Of a stretch of 64,000 bases of DNA, positions 1 to 10,400 are shown one piece after another. The notes beneath the pieces were generated by a model that made no database searches, had not been told where the DNA came from, and saw nothing but the letters and a program-made list of their open reading frames with translations. The position numbers and the translations under genes are program-made. Source of the DNA: Methanobrevibacter sp. (GTDB taxonomy: Archaea; Methanobacteriota; Methanobacteria; Methanobacteriales; Methanobacteriaceae); assembly GCF_017940815.1 (NCBI RefSeq), contig NZ_JAGAXX010000003.1:9963-73962 (forward strand), given 5' to 3'. Within the stretch, counting starts at the first letter, position 1, and every line of letters begins with the position of its first letter.

Positions 1-2733
1 ACAATCAAAAATTTAAACAGTTCAAGAATCAACCAATGGGGTGTTCTTGCTTACAGAGTATTCGGTGCAACAATTGTCAATTGTAAAATTGATGTTTTTG
101 ATAAGAATGCAGCATATGCGATTTATGTTGTCGAATCAAGTAATGTGGATGTTATAAACAATACCTTATCATCTTCTGGTAACTATCTGACTTACACAAT
201 CCTTGCACACACAGTTGAAGATTGCAGATTTATCAACAATACAATATTCACAAATGGTACTGGAGATGTTTACACATTTGAAAATGAGCACTGTCTTGAA
301 GGGGATTCCGTCTGTGCTGATGGTGATACTGTATGTCCGGAGGGTGATACTGTATGTCCTGAGGGTAGCACAGTCTGTCCGGAGGGTGATACTGTATGTC
401 CTGAGGGTAGCACAGTTTGTCCAGAAGGTAGTGAAGTATGTCCTGAAGGAAGCAGTGTCTGCCCAGATGGTGGATCAGCTATTGGTAGTCATGTTTTAAG
501 GGAGGTTTACAGAACCTATGGAATGTTAATAACTTATGCTTCCAATAACATAATTTCCGGAAATAAAGTGATCGTTACATCTAAATTGAATCAAACATAC
601 TCTCCATTCAACTCAACAAATTCCATTGTTGGTATTGATTTGTATTATAACTGTCACAATAACACACTGTCAAATAACTATGTCAATGTAAAGGCTAATG
701 ATAACTACCTCTACGGTATGGGCGTTTTAGGTTATTATACCGGTCACGTCGCACCTGAAGGTCAAGGAGCTAGTGACAATAAGTTCATTGAAAACACAAT
801 AGTTCTTGAAGGAACCTACTTTGTACAGGGTATTGTCATTGGAGACTCAACAGAAACCACTATCATCAAATTAAATGAAGTCAATTTAGAATCAAATGCT
901 GTGTCTTATGGTATTAATTTGGAAATGTCTCAAAATTCAACAATTTTAGATAATTCTTTCACATTAAATTCAGATGTTGTTTATGGGCTTGAGGCAACCA
1001 CTTCCAGTAATAATATTATAAACGGCAATGTGTTTGATGCAAACGGTAAGAGGATTTCTGGAATTTTATTGTCAAATTCCAAAAACAACAATATTTCTGA
1101 AAACAAGATTGATGCAAAAAGTACTGGTGAAGAATTGACTCTGCCTAACCTTGATTCTGTTGAGGCAGTAAATTCAGGAATTTACCTTTATAAAAATTCC
1201 TCTTCAAATGTTATTAAAAGTAATAATGTGACTTCCAATAAAGGATTTGCAATTGTAATTGATGAGATAGCAGTCAATAATGTCATTGAAGACAATTATC
1301 TTGTCGGCGAAAATTGTATAGGAGACAATGCAATCAATGCAACCAATGATGAAAATACAACAATAATTCAATATAATTATAAATATTTGGTTGCGGGCCA
1401 GCTTCAAGATATCAATATTAAATATTTAGAAAACGGCACTTTCGTATTTGAAACTACTGATTCCAGATTGGAAGGAGCTTTAGTTACATTTTTAGATGTT
1501 GATGGTGTAGAGATAAAAACAGTAACTTTATCTGGGGGTAAAGCAGAATACTATTGTGATTTATCAGATTATCCTGTTGGACAATACAGCATCTCTGCAA
1601 AAATATTCAAGGAAAACTTCAAGGTTACCGAGTTCCAAGCAATGCTGGATGTCGATAATGGTATTTTAGATGTCTCTGTAGCAAACATTACTGGAGCTAT
1701 TGCAAGAAATGCGAAATTCACCGCAATTCTTAAAAACATTTTAGGAAAAGGTGTTGAAGGAGTTCTTGTTGAATTTTATGTACTTGATGAAGGATTTGAG
1801 GTCTATGTTGGTAAAGCTATTTCAGATAAAAACGGTAATGCAATATTGACTGCGGAAATACCTAAAATTTATGATGAACATACGCAGATAATTGTAAAAA
1901 TTGAGGATCCTTATCATTATTATTCAACAACTGCCAGTGGAAATTTAACAGCGTACATGCTTACTGATACTGCAATCACCTCAAACGCTAAAGTTTATCC
2001 AGACGGTGTTGTGGCAGTGTTAAAAGATAAATCTGGAAAGGTTTTAGCTAATAAGAAAATTTCCATAAAAATTGGCAGCACTACATACACAACAACCACT
2101 AGTGCTAATGGGGAAATTAAGATGCCTTTAATTGCTAGGGGTGCATACGTTTCTACAATCTCTTTTGCAGGTGATGATGAGTATTACTCCTCAAAAGTAT
2201 CATCTAAAATAACTGTATTGCCATCCATATCAGGAAATAAAAACTTTAATGTTTATTATGGTAACACAGTAACCTATAAAGTTCGCATTACTGGATCTAA
2301 TGGTAAATTTGTAGGTGCTGGAAAGTCCGTATCCATTAAAGTCAACGGCCAAACATACAATGTCAAGACCGATAAAAATGGATATGCAACTAAATCCCTT
2401 AAATTGAAAGCAGGTTCATACACAATAACTGCTAAATATAATGGCGATCAGGTGTCCAATAAAATTACAATAAAACCTACTTTAACTGCTAAAAACATCG
2501 CTAAAAAGAAAGCGAAAAAGATTAAATTCACTGCAAAATTAGTAGATAAGAATGGTAAAGTCTTAAAGGGTAAAAAGGTTACCTTTAAGGTAAAAGGTAA
2601 GAAGTACACTGCAAAAACCAATAAAAAGGGTATTGCCACTGCTTCATTTAAAAAATTGAACGTGGGTAAATATACCGTTTCTTCAAGTTATGGTGGCTGT
2701 ACAATTTATAATACATTAACTGTTAAAAAATAA
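1..2733 (+). CDS. adhesin-like surface protein, 5' end cut by window edge (beta-helix repeats, Cys-heptad repeat, Ig-like domains, Lys-rich C-terminal module)
   Basis: Frame 1 is open from nt 1 with no stop before the track's GTG at 145, and the upstream residues (AAYAIYVVESSNVDV) already look like beta-helix repeat. NNxIxxN-type parallel beta-helix repeats are followed by Ig-like repeats (GDDEYY, YNGDQ). The C-terminus is GKKVTFKVKGKKYTAKTNKKGIA...TVKK. Confidence 0.85.
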   Translation, partial: TIKNLNSSRINQWGVLAYRVFGATIVNCKIDVFDKNAAYAIYVVESSNVDVINNTLSSSGNYLTYTILAHTVEDCRFINNTIFTNGTGDVYTFENEHCLEGDSVCADGDTVCPEGDTVCPEGSTVCPEGDTVCPEGSTVCPEGSEVCPEGSSVCPDGGSAIGSHVLREVYRTYGMLITYASNNIISGNKVIVTSKLNQTYSPFNSTNSIVGIDLYYNCHNNTLSNNYVNVKANDNYLYGMGVLGYYTGHVAPEGQGASDNKFIENTIVLEGTYFVQGIVIGDSTETTIIKLNEVNLESNAVSYGINLEMSQNSTILDNSFTLNSDVVYGLEATTSSNNIINGNVFDANGKRISGILLSNSKNNNISENKIDAKSTGEELTLPNLDSVEAVNSGIYLYKNSSSNVIKSNNVTSNKGFAIVIDEIAVNNVIEDNYLVGENCIGDNAINATNDENTTIIQYNYKYLVAGQLQDINIKYLENGTFVFETTDSRLEGALVTFLDVDGVEIKTVTLSGGKAEYYCDLSDYPVGQYSISAKIFKENFKVTEFQAMLDVDNGILDVSVANITGAIARNAKFTAILKNILGKGVEGVLVEFYVLDEGFEVYVGKAISDKNGNAILTAEIPKIYDEHTQIIVKIEDPYHYYSTTASGNLTAYMLTDTAITSNAKVYPDGVVAVLKDKSGKVLANKKISIKIGSTTYTTTTSANGEIKMPLIARGAYVSTISFAGDDEYYSSKVSSKITVLPSISGNKNFNVYYGNTVTYKVRITGSNGKFVGAGKSVSIKVNGQTYNVKTDKNGYATKSLKLKAGSYTITAKYNGDQVSNKITIKPTLTAKNIAKKKAKKIKFTAKLVDKNGKVLKGKKVTFKVKGKKYTAKTNKKGIATASFKKLNVGKYTVSSSYGGCTIYNTLTVKK
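292..480 (+). repeat. in-frame tandem 21-nt (heptad) repeat, 9 copies, consensus C-P-E-G-(D/S)-(T/S)-V; contains a duplicated 42-nt unit
   Basis: Read directly: tgt-ccg-gag-ggt-gat-act-gta / tgt-cct-gag-ggt-agc-aca-gtc. The unit 334-375 repeats at 376-417 with one mismatch. Confidence 0.95.
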
Positions 2734-2762
2734 AGGTTTTAACCTTTATTTTACTTTTTTTT
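2732..2762 (+). terminator. hairpin (AAAGG-TTTTAA-CCTTT) overlapping the stop codon, followed by an oligo-T run
   Basis: The sequence taaaggttttaaccttt is followed by attttactttttttttc immediately after the stop at 2731-2733. Confidence 0.5.
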
Positions 2763-2780
2763 CAATTTTAATTTAACAAC

Positions 2781-2794
2781 TTTTAAATATATTT
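2781..2794 (+). promoter_or_regulatory. putative archaeal TATA box for the 1449-aa adhesin gene
   Basis: ttttaaatatattt matches the TTTAWATA-type consensus. ATAGTCAAT lies 19 nt downstream at the expected TSS. Confidence 0.35.
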
Positions 2795-2906
2795 AATAAC
2801 TAATTTTTAACCATAGTCAATCTATTATATGGTTTATTCAAATATATTGTACTATTATTATAATTTATAATTATTTAAAAGAGGTGGAATTATTAATAAA
2901 AAGCGT

Positions 2907-5900
2907 ATGGCTATTTCATTGATGCTGCTTTTTGTCATGGTTTTGTCTGTAAGCGCAACTTTTGCAGCTAACGATGATTCCATTGATGAAATTGCTGTGG
3001 AAAATGATATAGCCGAGGAGGTTGTCGCTACTGATTTGGATGATTCTTCAGATAAGTTATCTGATGATTCTAATGTAGTAACCAAAGACAACTTTAATGA
3101 TTATTTTGATGAGTATGGGTCTTTGACATCAGATGCTGATGAATTGGTTTTTGATGGAGATTTCAGTGGATTGGATGTATCTGCAATAACAATTGCTGGG
3201 GATAAGGCTGTAAAGTTCACCGGTAAAAATGCTACTTTTAAAAATGTTCAATTCATGATTATGCAAAGTGACGTGACAATTGACGGATTTAATTTCATAA
3301 CTGATGAGAACAATGAACACACAAGATTGATTTGGATTGGTGTTGATGATTATATAGGCAATATTGTTTTATCCAATAACAATATTAAATTCGTTGGTCC
3401 TGCTAATAGTGAAGCATATGCAATTTATGCGGGTGCCGATGTGGACATGGGATTTTATTGTATTGAAGGTTTGCAGATTATTAACAATAACATTACCTAC
3501 ATCGGAAACAGTGATGGGACCGCAATTAATAACGTAATCCGTGTAAATGGGGATGAAGAGGAGTATGAAACTTCAGCTGATATTGTAGTTAACGGGAACA
3601 ATTTTGATATTCAGATTCCTTCAATTAAGGTAAACTATGGTACTTGGGGTGATGCTCAACCGTTCTCTGAAGCTATTGTATTTTACTATTGTGAAGATGT
3701 ACAGTTCATTGATAATAGGGTGAATGTTAAATATAACTCTGTTCAGGGTTCTTCCGATACTATTTATGTGGTTTCTGCATATGCTAACTCATTAATGGGA
3801 ATGTCTGATGCTAACGTTGTAATCAATGACAATGAAATCAACGGAATAGGTTATAGTCATATTTATGGAATAAAAGTTTCCTCAAATGAATTTGAAATCA
3901 AAAACAATAAATTAAATATGTCTGCTGACTATTATTATGCGAATGGTATTAATATAGAAGGTCCTTCAAGTGATGGTGCAGTTTCAAACAACACAATCTC
4001 TGTTAAAGCTCCTACAAATGCTGCAGGTGCAGTTTATGGAATTTACACTTATCAAATGATGGCTGCTGTAAATGAAGTGTACTATGAAAACAACACTATT
4101 GATGCAGAAGGATACCTCGCTTGCGGTATGGAAATCAACCAACGTAATACATATATTTTCAACAATGCAGTAACCTCTAAAGGTAATTACACATATGGTA
4201 TTGTTGCAAGTATTAAGCCTGCATCTTATGAGGTCTTTATCGCTGACAATAATGTTTCCGTAATCGGTTCTAATGAAGGTAGTTTAGGTACTGGTGATCC
4301 GATTTTAGACTTGAATTCCATAGCTATTGACGTTTTAGGAAATGCTATAATTCAGAATAACAAAGTAAATTCAACCAGCATTGGAATTAATGTTGTTGAA
4401 CAAGGTTCTGTTGTTATAGACAGCAATGACATCAATGTTGCGGCTACTGGAAACGTTGACAATTATGCTATTAGTATCAATGATATCACCAAAGCAGATA
4501 TCAGCAAAAACAACATCACTTTTGTTGGAAAAACTGACGGTAATGTTGTAACAAATGCAGTTAAAATTTTTGAAGCTCCTGCTGTGATTTCTGATAATAA
4601 GTTTGACATTCAACTTCCTTCCGCAGCTGTTATTTGGGCTGCTGATTGGACAAGCACTGTTATCACTGAAGGTATTTTAATAGACTATTCAAATGGTTTA
4701 GAATTTAGAAACAATAATATTACACTCAACTACAATGATATTGTTGGAGGATATGATACAATTTATGCAGTTGACATTAAAAATTCCGCTAATGCTATAT
4801 TCGATAACAATAAATTGGATATTGCAGGACACACTTACATGTATGGTGTTCTCATAAGCGGAGACAATTTCACCGTTTCAAACAATAATATTACTTCATC
4901 TTCCGATATCTATTATGCTAATTGTATTGATGTTGAAGGTCCTGCAACTGGCGTTATCAAAAACAACAAATTGTCAGCTATTGCTCCAACTTCCTCATAT
5001 CCTGTATATGGGGCAATGTCAAATGGAGATGTTTCTGTAAACATTACTGACAATGAAATCTATGGTGAAGCTTACTTGGTATATGGTGTTCAAATCGGTG
5101 GTAAAGATATAATTGTTAAAGATAACAACATCACTGCAATAGGTAATCACACTATCGGTGTTGGTACTCATACAGACAATTTGAAAGTCATCGGCAACAC
5201 TATTATTGCTGACGCTTCAAATGTTGGTGATTTAGATATTTGGGAAACAATGGGTACTGATTCTGCAGCTATCAAAGTTACCAATGGTATCGTGGAAATT
5301 TCAGACAATACTATGGATTCCACTTCAGTTGGTATCAAGGCTGACGGCCCTATTGAAGTAACTATTTCCAATTGTGAAATTGATGTAACTGCTGTCGGTG
5401 ATGTGGATAACTATGCTGTTTATGTTGATGGTGCAGATAAATTTACAATGACTGACAACAATGTTACCTTTGATGGTGCAAGTAACGGCACTACCATTTC
5501 TAATGCAATGCATATTGTAGATTCTGGTGCAGTTGTTACTGGAAACGACTTTGATATAACTGTTCCTGCTGCTGATGTGGTATGGGGTGCTGACTGGTCA
5601 AGCACTGTCATCAGTGAAGGTATTGTATTTGACTCATGTGATGATCTTAAATTTGAAAACAATACTGTAAATCTTGATTATGGTGATGTTATTGGAGCTT
5701 ATGATACCATCTATGCAATTGATGTTCTCAATTCCAATAATGCTGTAATTAAAGATAATGAAATTGATGCTAGTGGAAACCAATATATTTATGGTATTAA
5801 AATAACTGGGGACAATTTCACCATTGATAACAATAACATATCAACTGATTCAAATTATTATGCTAACGGTATTGATGTTGAAGGTCCTGCTACTGGTATA

Positions 5901-7256
5901 ATCTCTAATAACAACATTAATGCGGTAGCTGAAAACTCAGCTTATCCAATTTACTCTGGTATGAATTATCAACCTGTTTCAGTTAATATAACTGGCAATG
6001 ACATTTCTGGTGATGCATATTATGTTGTTGGTGTTGAACTCGGTGGACAAAAAGCTTTAGTTGAAAACAATACTATTGATGTAAGTGGTAATCACACTAT
6101 TGGTATCGGTTCAGCAGTTGATAATTTAACTGTTAATAACAATAATATTTTATCTGACGCTTCCAATATTGGTGATGAATCAATTTGGGATAGTATGGGT
6201 ACTGATTCAACTGGTATTAAAGTTGCTAGAGGTAGTTTCAGTATTTCCAACAACACTGTTGCAACCACTGGAGATTATGCTGCAGATTTAGGAGACAGTT
6301 CTGGTAATATAACTAATAACAAATTATCCAGTGCTAAGGGTGCTGGTGATGATTCCATTTCAGGTACTGGTGATGTGAACTCTACCGGAAACCCTGCAAC
6401 TGGAAACGAACGTTTGAAGGTTATCATGTTCGGTGTCGATTTAACCAAAGTATACGGTAGTGCTGATCAATTCGTAATAAAAGTTTTAGACGAAAACGGT
6501 AAACCTGTAGTTGGAAAAACAATTTCCTTTGCATTAAGCAATGGTGAAGCTTACACCAATGTTACTGATGCAAATGGGTTAGCTAAAATAGATATTAACT
6601 TAGTTAAAGGCGAATATTTCGTTAACTCTAAATTCTCAGGTGACGATGTATATGCTATGTCAACTGCTAAAACCAATATTACTGTTAATCCAAAACCAAC
6701 AGCTTTCACAGCTCCAAATACTTCAGTTTTATTAACTGCAGTTAAAAAAGGATCAACTTACAAAATTACCTTAAAAGATAATGAAGGTAAAGCTTTAGCT
6801 AATCAAAAAATAACAGTTAATGGTAAAGAATTCACCACTGATAAAAATGGTGTAGTTAATTATAAACTTTCAGCTTCAAAAGCCGGAACCCAAAAATTAA
6901 CCGTTAAATTTGCTGGTGATGATAAATATGCTGAAACTACAAAAACTGCAACTATCAAAATCAATAAGGAAGCTACCAAATTAACTGCTAAAAACAAAAA
7001 ATTCAAAGCTAAAAAGAAAACCAAAAAATATAAAGTTACCTTAAAAGACAGCAAAGGAAAAGCAATCAGTAAAGTTAAAGTTACCATCAAAGTGGGCAAA
7101 AAAACTTTCAAGGCTAAAACCAACGCTAAAGGTAAAGCTACCTTCAAAATTAAAAAATTAACTAAAAAAGGTACTTACAAGGCTAAGGTTAAATTTGCAG
7201 GAAACGGCCTTTACAAGGCAGTAACCAAAACTGTTAAAATTAAGGTTAAAAAATAG
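2907..7256 (+). CDS. adhesin-like surface protein (signal peptide, acidic segment, three ~1-kb beta-helix modules, Ig-like domains, Lys-rich C-terminus)
   Basis: 1449-aa ORF with signal-peptide-like MAISLMLLFVMVLSVSATFA and three paralogous ~320-aa modules. C-terminus is ...KATFKIKKLTKKGTYKAKVKF...KIKVKK. The true start may be in-frame ATT 2892, 5 nt after the GGTG of SD GAGGTGGA. Confidence 0.9.
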   Translation: MAISLMLLFVMVLSVSATFAANDDSIDEIAVENDIAEEVVATDLDDSSDKLSDDSNVVTKDNFNDYFDEYGSLTSDADELVFDGDFSGLDVSAITIAGDKAVKFTGKNATFKNVQFMIMQSDVTIDGFNFITDENNEHTRLIWIGVDDYIGNIVLSNNNIKFVGPANSEAYAIYAGADVDMGFYCIEGLQIINNNITYIGNSDGTAINNVIRVNGDEEEYETSADIVVNGNNFDIQIPSIKVNYGTWGDAQPFSEAIVFYYCEDVQFIDNRVNVKYNSVQGSSDTIYVVSAYANSLMGMSDANVVINDNEINGIGYSHIYGIKVSSNEFEIKNNKLNMSADYYYANGINIEGPSSDGAVSNNTISVKAPTNAAGAVYGIYTYQMMAAVNEVYYENNTIDAEGYLACGMEINQRNTYIFNNAVTSKGNYTYGIVASIKPASYEVFIADNNVSVIGSNEGSLGTGDPILDLNSIAIDVLGNAIIQNNKVNSTSIGINVVEQGSVVIDSNDINVAATGNVDNYAISINDITKADISKNNITFVGKTDGNVVTNAVKIFEAPAVISDNKFDIQLPSAAVIWAADWTSTVITEGILIDYSNGLEFRNNNITLNYNDIVGGYDTIYAVDIKNSANAIFDNNKLDIAGHTYMYGVLISGDNFTVSNNNITSSSDIYYANCIDVEGPATGVIKNNKLSAIAPTSSYPVYGAMSNGDVSVNITDNEIYGEAYLVYGVQIGGKDIIVKDNNITAIGNHTIGVGTHTDNLKVIGNTIIADASNVGDLDIWETMGTDSAAIKVTNGIVEISDNTMDSTSVGIKADGPIEVTISNCEIDVTAVGDVDNYAVYVDGADKFTMTDNNVTFDGASNGTTISNAMHIVDSGAVVTGNDFDITVPAADVVWGADWSSTVISEGIVFDSCDDLKFENNTVNLDYGDVIGAYDTIYAIDVLNSNNAVIKDNEIDASGNQYIYGIKITGDNFTIDNNNISTDSNYYANGIDVEGPATGIISNNNINAVAENSAYPIYSGMNYQPVSVNITGNDISGDAYYVVGVELGGQKALVENNTIDVSGNHTIGIGSAVDNLTVNNNNILSDASNIGDESIWDSMGTDSTGIKVARGSFSISNNTVATTGDYAADLGDSSGNITNNKLSSAKGAGDDSISGTGDVNSTGNPATGNERLKVIMFGVDLTKVYGSADQFVIKVLDENGKPVVGKTISFALSNGEAYTNVTDANGLAKIDINLVKGEYFVNSKFSGDDVYAMSTAKTNITVNPKPTAFTAPNTSVLLTAVKKGSTYKITLKDNEGKALANQKITVNGKEFTTDKNGVVNYKLSASKAGTQKLTVKFAGDDKYAETTKTATIKINKEATKLTAKNKKFKAKKKTKKYKVTLKDSKGKAISKVKVTIKVGKKTFKAKTNAKGKATFKIKKLTKKGTYKAKVKFAGNGLYKAVTKTVKIKVKK

Positions 7257-7290
7257 AGATTTTTAATCTCTATACTTTTTTTATTTTTTT
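7255..7290 (+). terminator. hairpin AGAGAT-TTTTA-ATCTCT including the TAG stop, followed by T7/T7 runs
   Basis: Sequence tAGAGATttttaATCTCTatacTTTTTTTaTTTTTTT. An identical 48-nt copy lies at 29805-29852. Confidence 0.6.
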
Positions 7291-7315
7291 CAAGTTTATT
7301 TGATTTTTTCATAAG

Positions 7316-7326
7316 ATTTATATATT
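7316..7326 (+). promoter_or_regulatory. putative TATA box for the 1922-aa adhesin gene
   Basis: atttatatatt, with ATAGTCAAT 21 nt downstream (7347-7355). The leader carries an inverted repeat AGTCAAT (7349-7355) / ATTGACT (7381-7387). Confidence 0.35.
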
Positions 7327-7440
7327 GATTTTTTAAAAATAATATTATAGTCAATTATTTATTATTTTATTTCAATGTTTATTGACTAATTTTTATTAAA
7401 TCAATGTGAAGGAGGTGAAAAAATCAAGAAAGGGAATATT

Positions 7441-10400
7441 TTGATTTCATTAATATTAATTTGTTTTATTTTAGTTTCGTTAAATATTGCATTTGCATCA
7501 AATGAAACTGATTTTAATGATGATCATCTATTAACTAGTGATAATGTTGATGTTCCAGAAATATTAACATCTGATATATCTGAAGAGGTAGTTTCACAGG
7601 AAGGGCATTCTGATGTATTGATTAGTTCTAATAAGACTATTGAAATTACTCAGAGTAATTATGAAAATTATTTTGATATTAGAACTGGTAAAATCAAAGA
7701 GAGTGCAGATATTTCTAAAGGGGATACCTTAAAAATTGGAAACATTTCTGGAAGGGCTTTTGTTATTGACCGTCAACTCACATTAATGCCCATATCTTCT
7801 AATGATGAAATTTCTAATGGATTTATTCATTTAATTAAGGGTAGTGACGGTTCCACTATTACTAATTTAACAATAAACAATACAAAGGGCACTTTAACAC
7901 TCAGAGGTGTAACTGTAGGTCAATTACATGGTATATGGTTGTCTAATTCAAATAATAATCTTATATCATATAATACGATTAGAATTGCTAATACTGGAGG
8001 AGTTTATGCGATGCCTATGGGTTGGTCTAGTAATAATAGGATTATTTATAATGACATGAAGACTTATGTTACTTGTAATATGATTATGGGGCAATGTCAT
8101 AATAATTTGATTTCCCATAACCGTATGGAAGTATTGTCTTATTCAGAGTTATCTGTGACAAATTTAATTTATTTTAATCCATTTGGTCATGCCGATTATA
8201 CTGGGTCTCCATTATGTGAAGGCAACATAATTTCCTATAATTATCTTAAGGGTTATTGTGCTTTGCCAATGTCTATAATTATACAAGCACAATACGCAAG
8301 TCATGATGGTACTGTAATTGCAAATAATACTATTATTAAAGGATCATATGGTATTAACCTTGGTGGAAACAATGTATCTGTTTATGGAAATATTGTACAG
8401 GATAGTGCTATTGGTATTTCAGTTGCTGGAAGTGATTTCACTGTTCATGGTAATGATGTTAGTGGTACTAGTAATCAAGTAGGTATTCAAACTGCAGGTA
8501 CTGTTGATACAAATTGTGAAGTATTTAACAATAATATAACTTATACTGATGTTGTAACTGGTTTATCTCTTGATAATTATGTTAATGCTTATAATAATAG
8601 AATTAATATTAAAGGTTATGGTACTGGTATTAATATAAAAGGCAGTCATGATACTGTACGTTATAATAGTATTAAAAATAATCATGATATGGGTATCTCT
8701 TCATTAGGTAGTTTTAATTTTATAGATAATAATATTGTTACTACTAATAATGTTGGAATAGCTATACCTTCAAGTTCAACTAGTAGTAGATATTATAATA
8801 ATACAATTACTAATAATAAGATAACTAGTGAAAGTAACGGTATTTCCATTACTGGTTTAGTTTATAATACTGTAATCACGGATAATATTATAGAAACTAA
8901 TTCGACTGAGGGTATATACATTGAGGTTACTGATGCTAAATCTAATACTCAACTTGACAACATGGTTAATGGAATAATCTTAAATTCCACTGCAATAATT
9001 GTTAATGATGATAATTTTTATGAGTATTTTGATAAGAATGGTCATTTAACTTATGAATTTGAAGAAAATAAGTCTAAAGTGATATTTTTAACATTTTTAA
9101 CAAATAAAAATTTATTCTTCACTGAAAAAATTAATGTTATTAGTAATAGGATGAATAATCTCCTATTTAATGTAACAATTACTTTTGAGCCGGATTCTGC
9201 AGGATCATTAATAAGGGATTTCAATTTTGTTAACTATGATAAGGAAGCAATTATTTTGAATAATGTTAATGATGTGAGTGTTGCTCGTAATAATATTACT
9301 GACATTTTTAAAAAAGGTTCTTTATCAAATTCCGTTATTTTGGTTCAGGATGTTTGTGGAAATTCTGTAATTTCTAACAATAATATCTATGTTAATTCTA
9401 AAGTTAATTATACATATGCAATCAATGCTCCAGCAATTAATCCGTCTAATAAAAGGATGAATAAGAAATTATCAAGTGGTTTTTCAGTTAGAGGTAATAA
9501 CATAATCATGATTTCTACTGGTGTTGCTGAAGCAATTTATACGGATTCTTTATCTGATAGTGAATTCATTTCAAATAAGATTAATATAATTGCCGATGAC
9601 TATGCATATGGTATTGCATTCGCCAATTTAATAGGAAGACTTTCAGGATTAAATGTTACTGACAACGAAATTATAATTCACAGTAAGGAAATGGCTTACT
9701 TAATTGAATTCCATATGGTAGATAATTCAACAATTTCTTTAAATGATTTATATAGTGAAAGCAATGGTGTTTATGGTATTTCCATATACATGTCAAACAA
9801 TATTTCTATAAATGATAATGAAATTACTATATATGGTGGAAATCTTTCTGAAATTGATGGTATTTCTGATGTTCTTGGAATTGGAAATTCTGCAATAGCA
9901 ATAATTAAAAATTCAAATTTGACTTCAATAATTGGAAATATTGTTTACACAAATGTAACTGAACCTATTGCTTTTATTAACATTACACAAGATTGTTCAA
10001 TGAATATCTATGATAATGCTTATGTAATAGATGATAACAATTATGAGGTTTATTTTGATGAAGATGGAAATTTATATTCTGATCTTATTGTTTCAAACAG
10101 TATATTGCTTTTGAATAATCTCACTAAAGGCCAAATTATGAAAATCAACACTCCTGTTGATATTTCATCATATAAATTGCCTTCTACAGTTTCATTGATA
10201 ATAAGCGGTAATGCATCCAATATGCGAATATTCAATGTCTCTTTTATAAATTCAACAATAAGCTTAATTAATGTTTCTAATGTGAATATAATTGATAATG
10301 TATTCAATTCTTCAAATGGTAATGTTTTAAATGTTGTTGGAGGAAAGAATAATTTCTTTGTCCATAATGAGGTTTATTTCAATACTACAGATGTTTCAGG

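Noticed and set aside
203-499. 98-aa alternative-frame ORF over the Cys-heptad repeat
   Set aside because: It stays open only because the 21-nt repeat lacks stops in a second frame. It is nested in the long adhesin ORF and has no independent signals.
2448-2639. Antisense Phe/Leu-rich ORFs (also 6860-7147, 19646-19879 and 29447-29740) that look like small membrane proteins
   Set aside because: They are the reverse complement of the AAA/AAG-rich (poly-Lys) C-terminal modules, so TTT/CTT codons give F/L-rich pseudo-hydrophobic peptides. They have no SD or promoter and sit fully inside well-supported sense ORFs.
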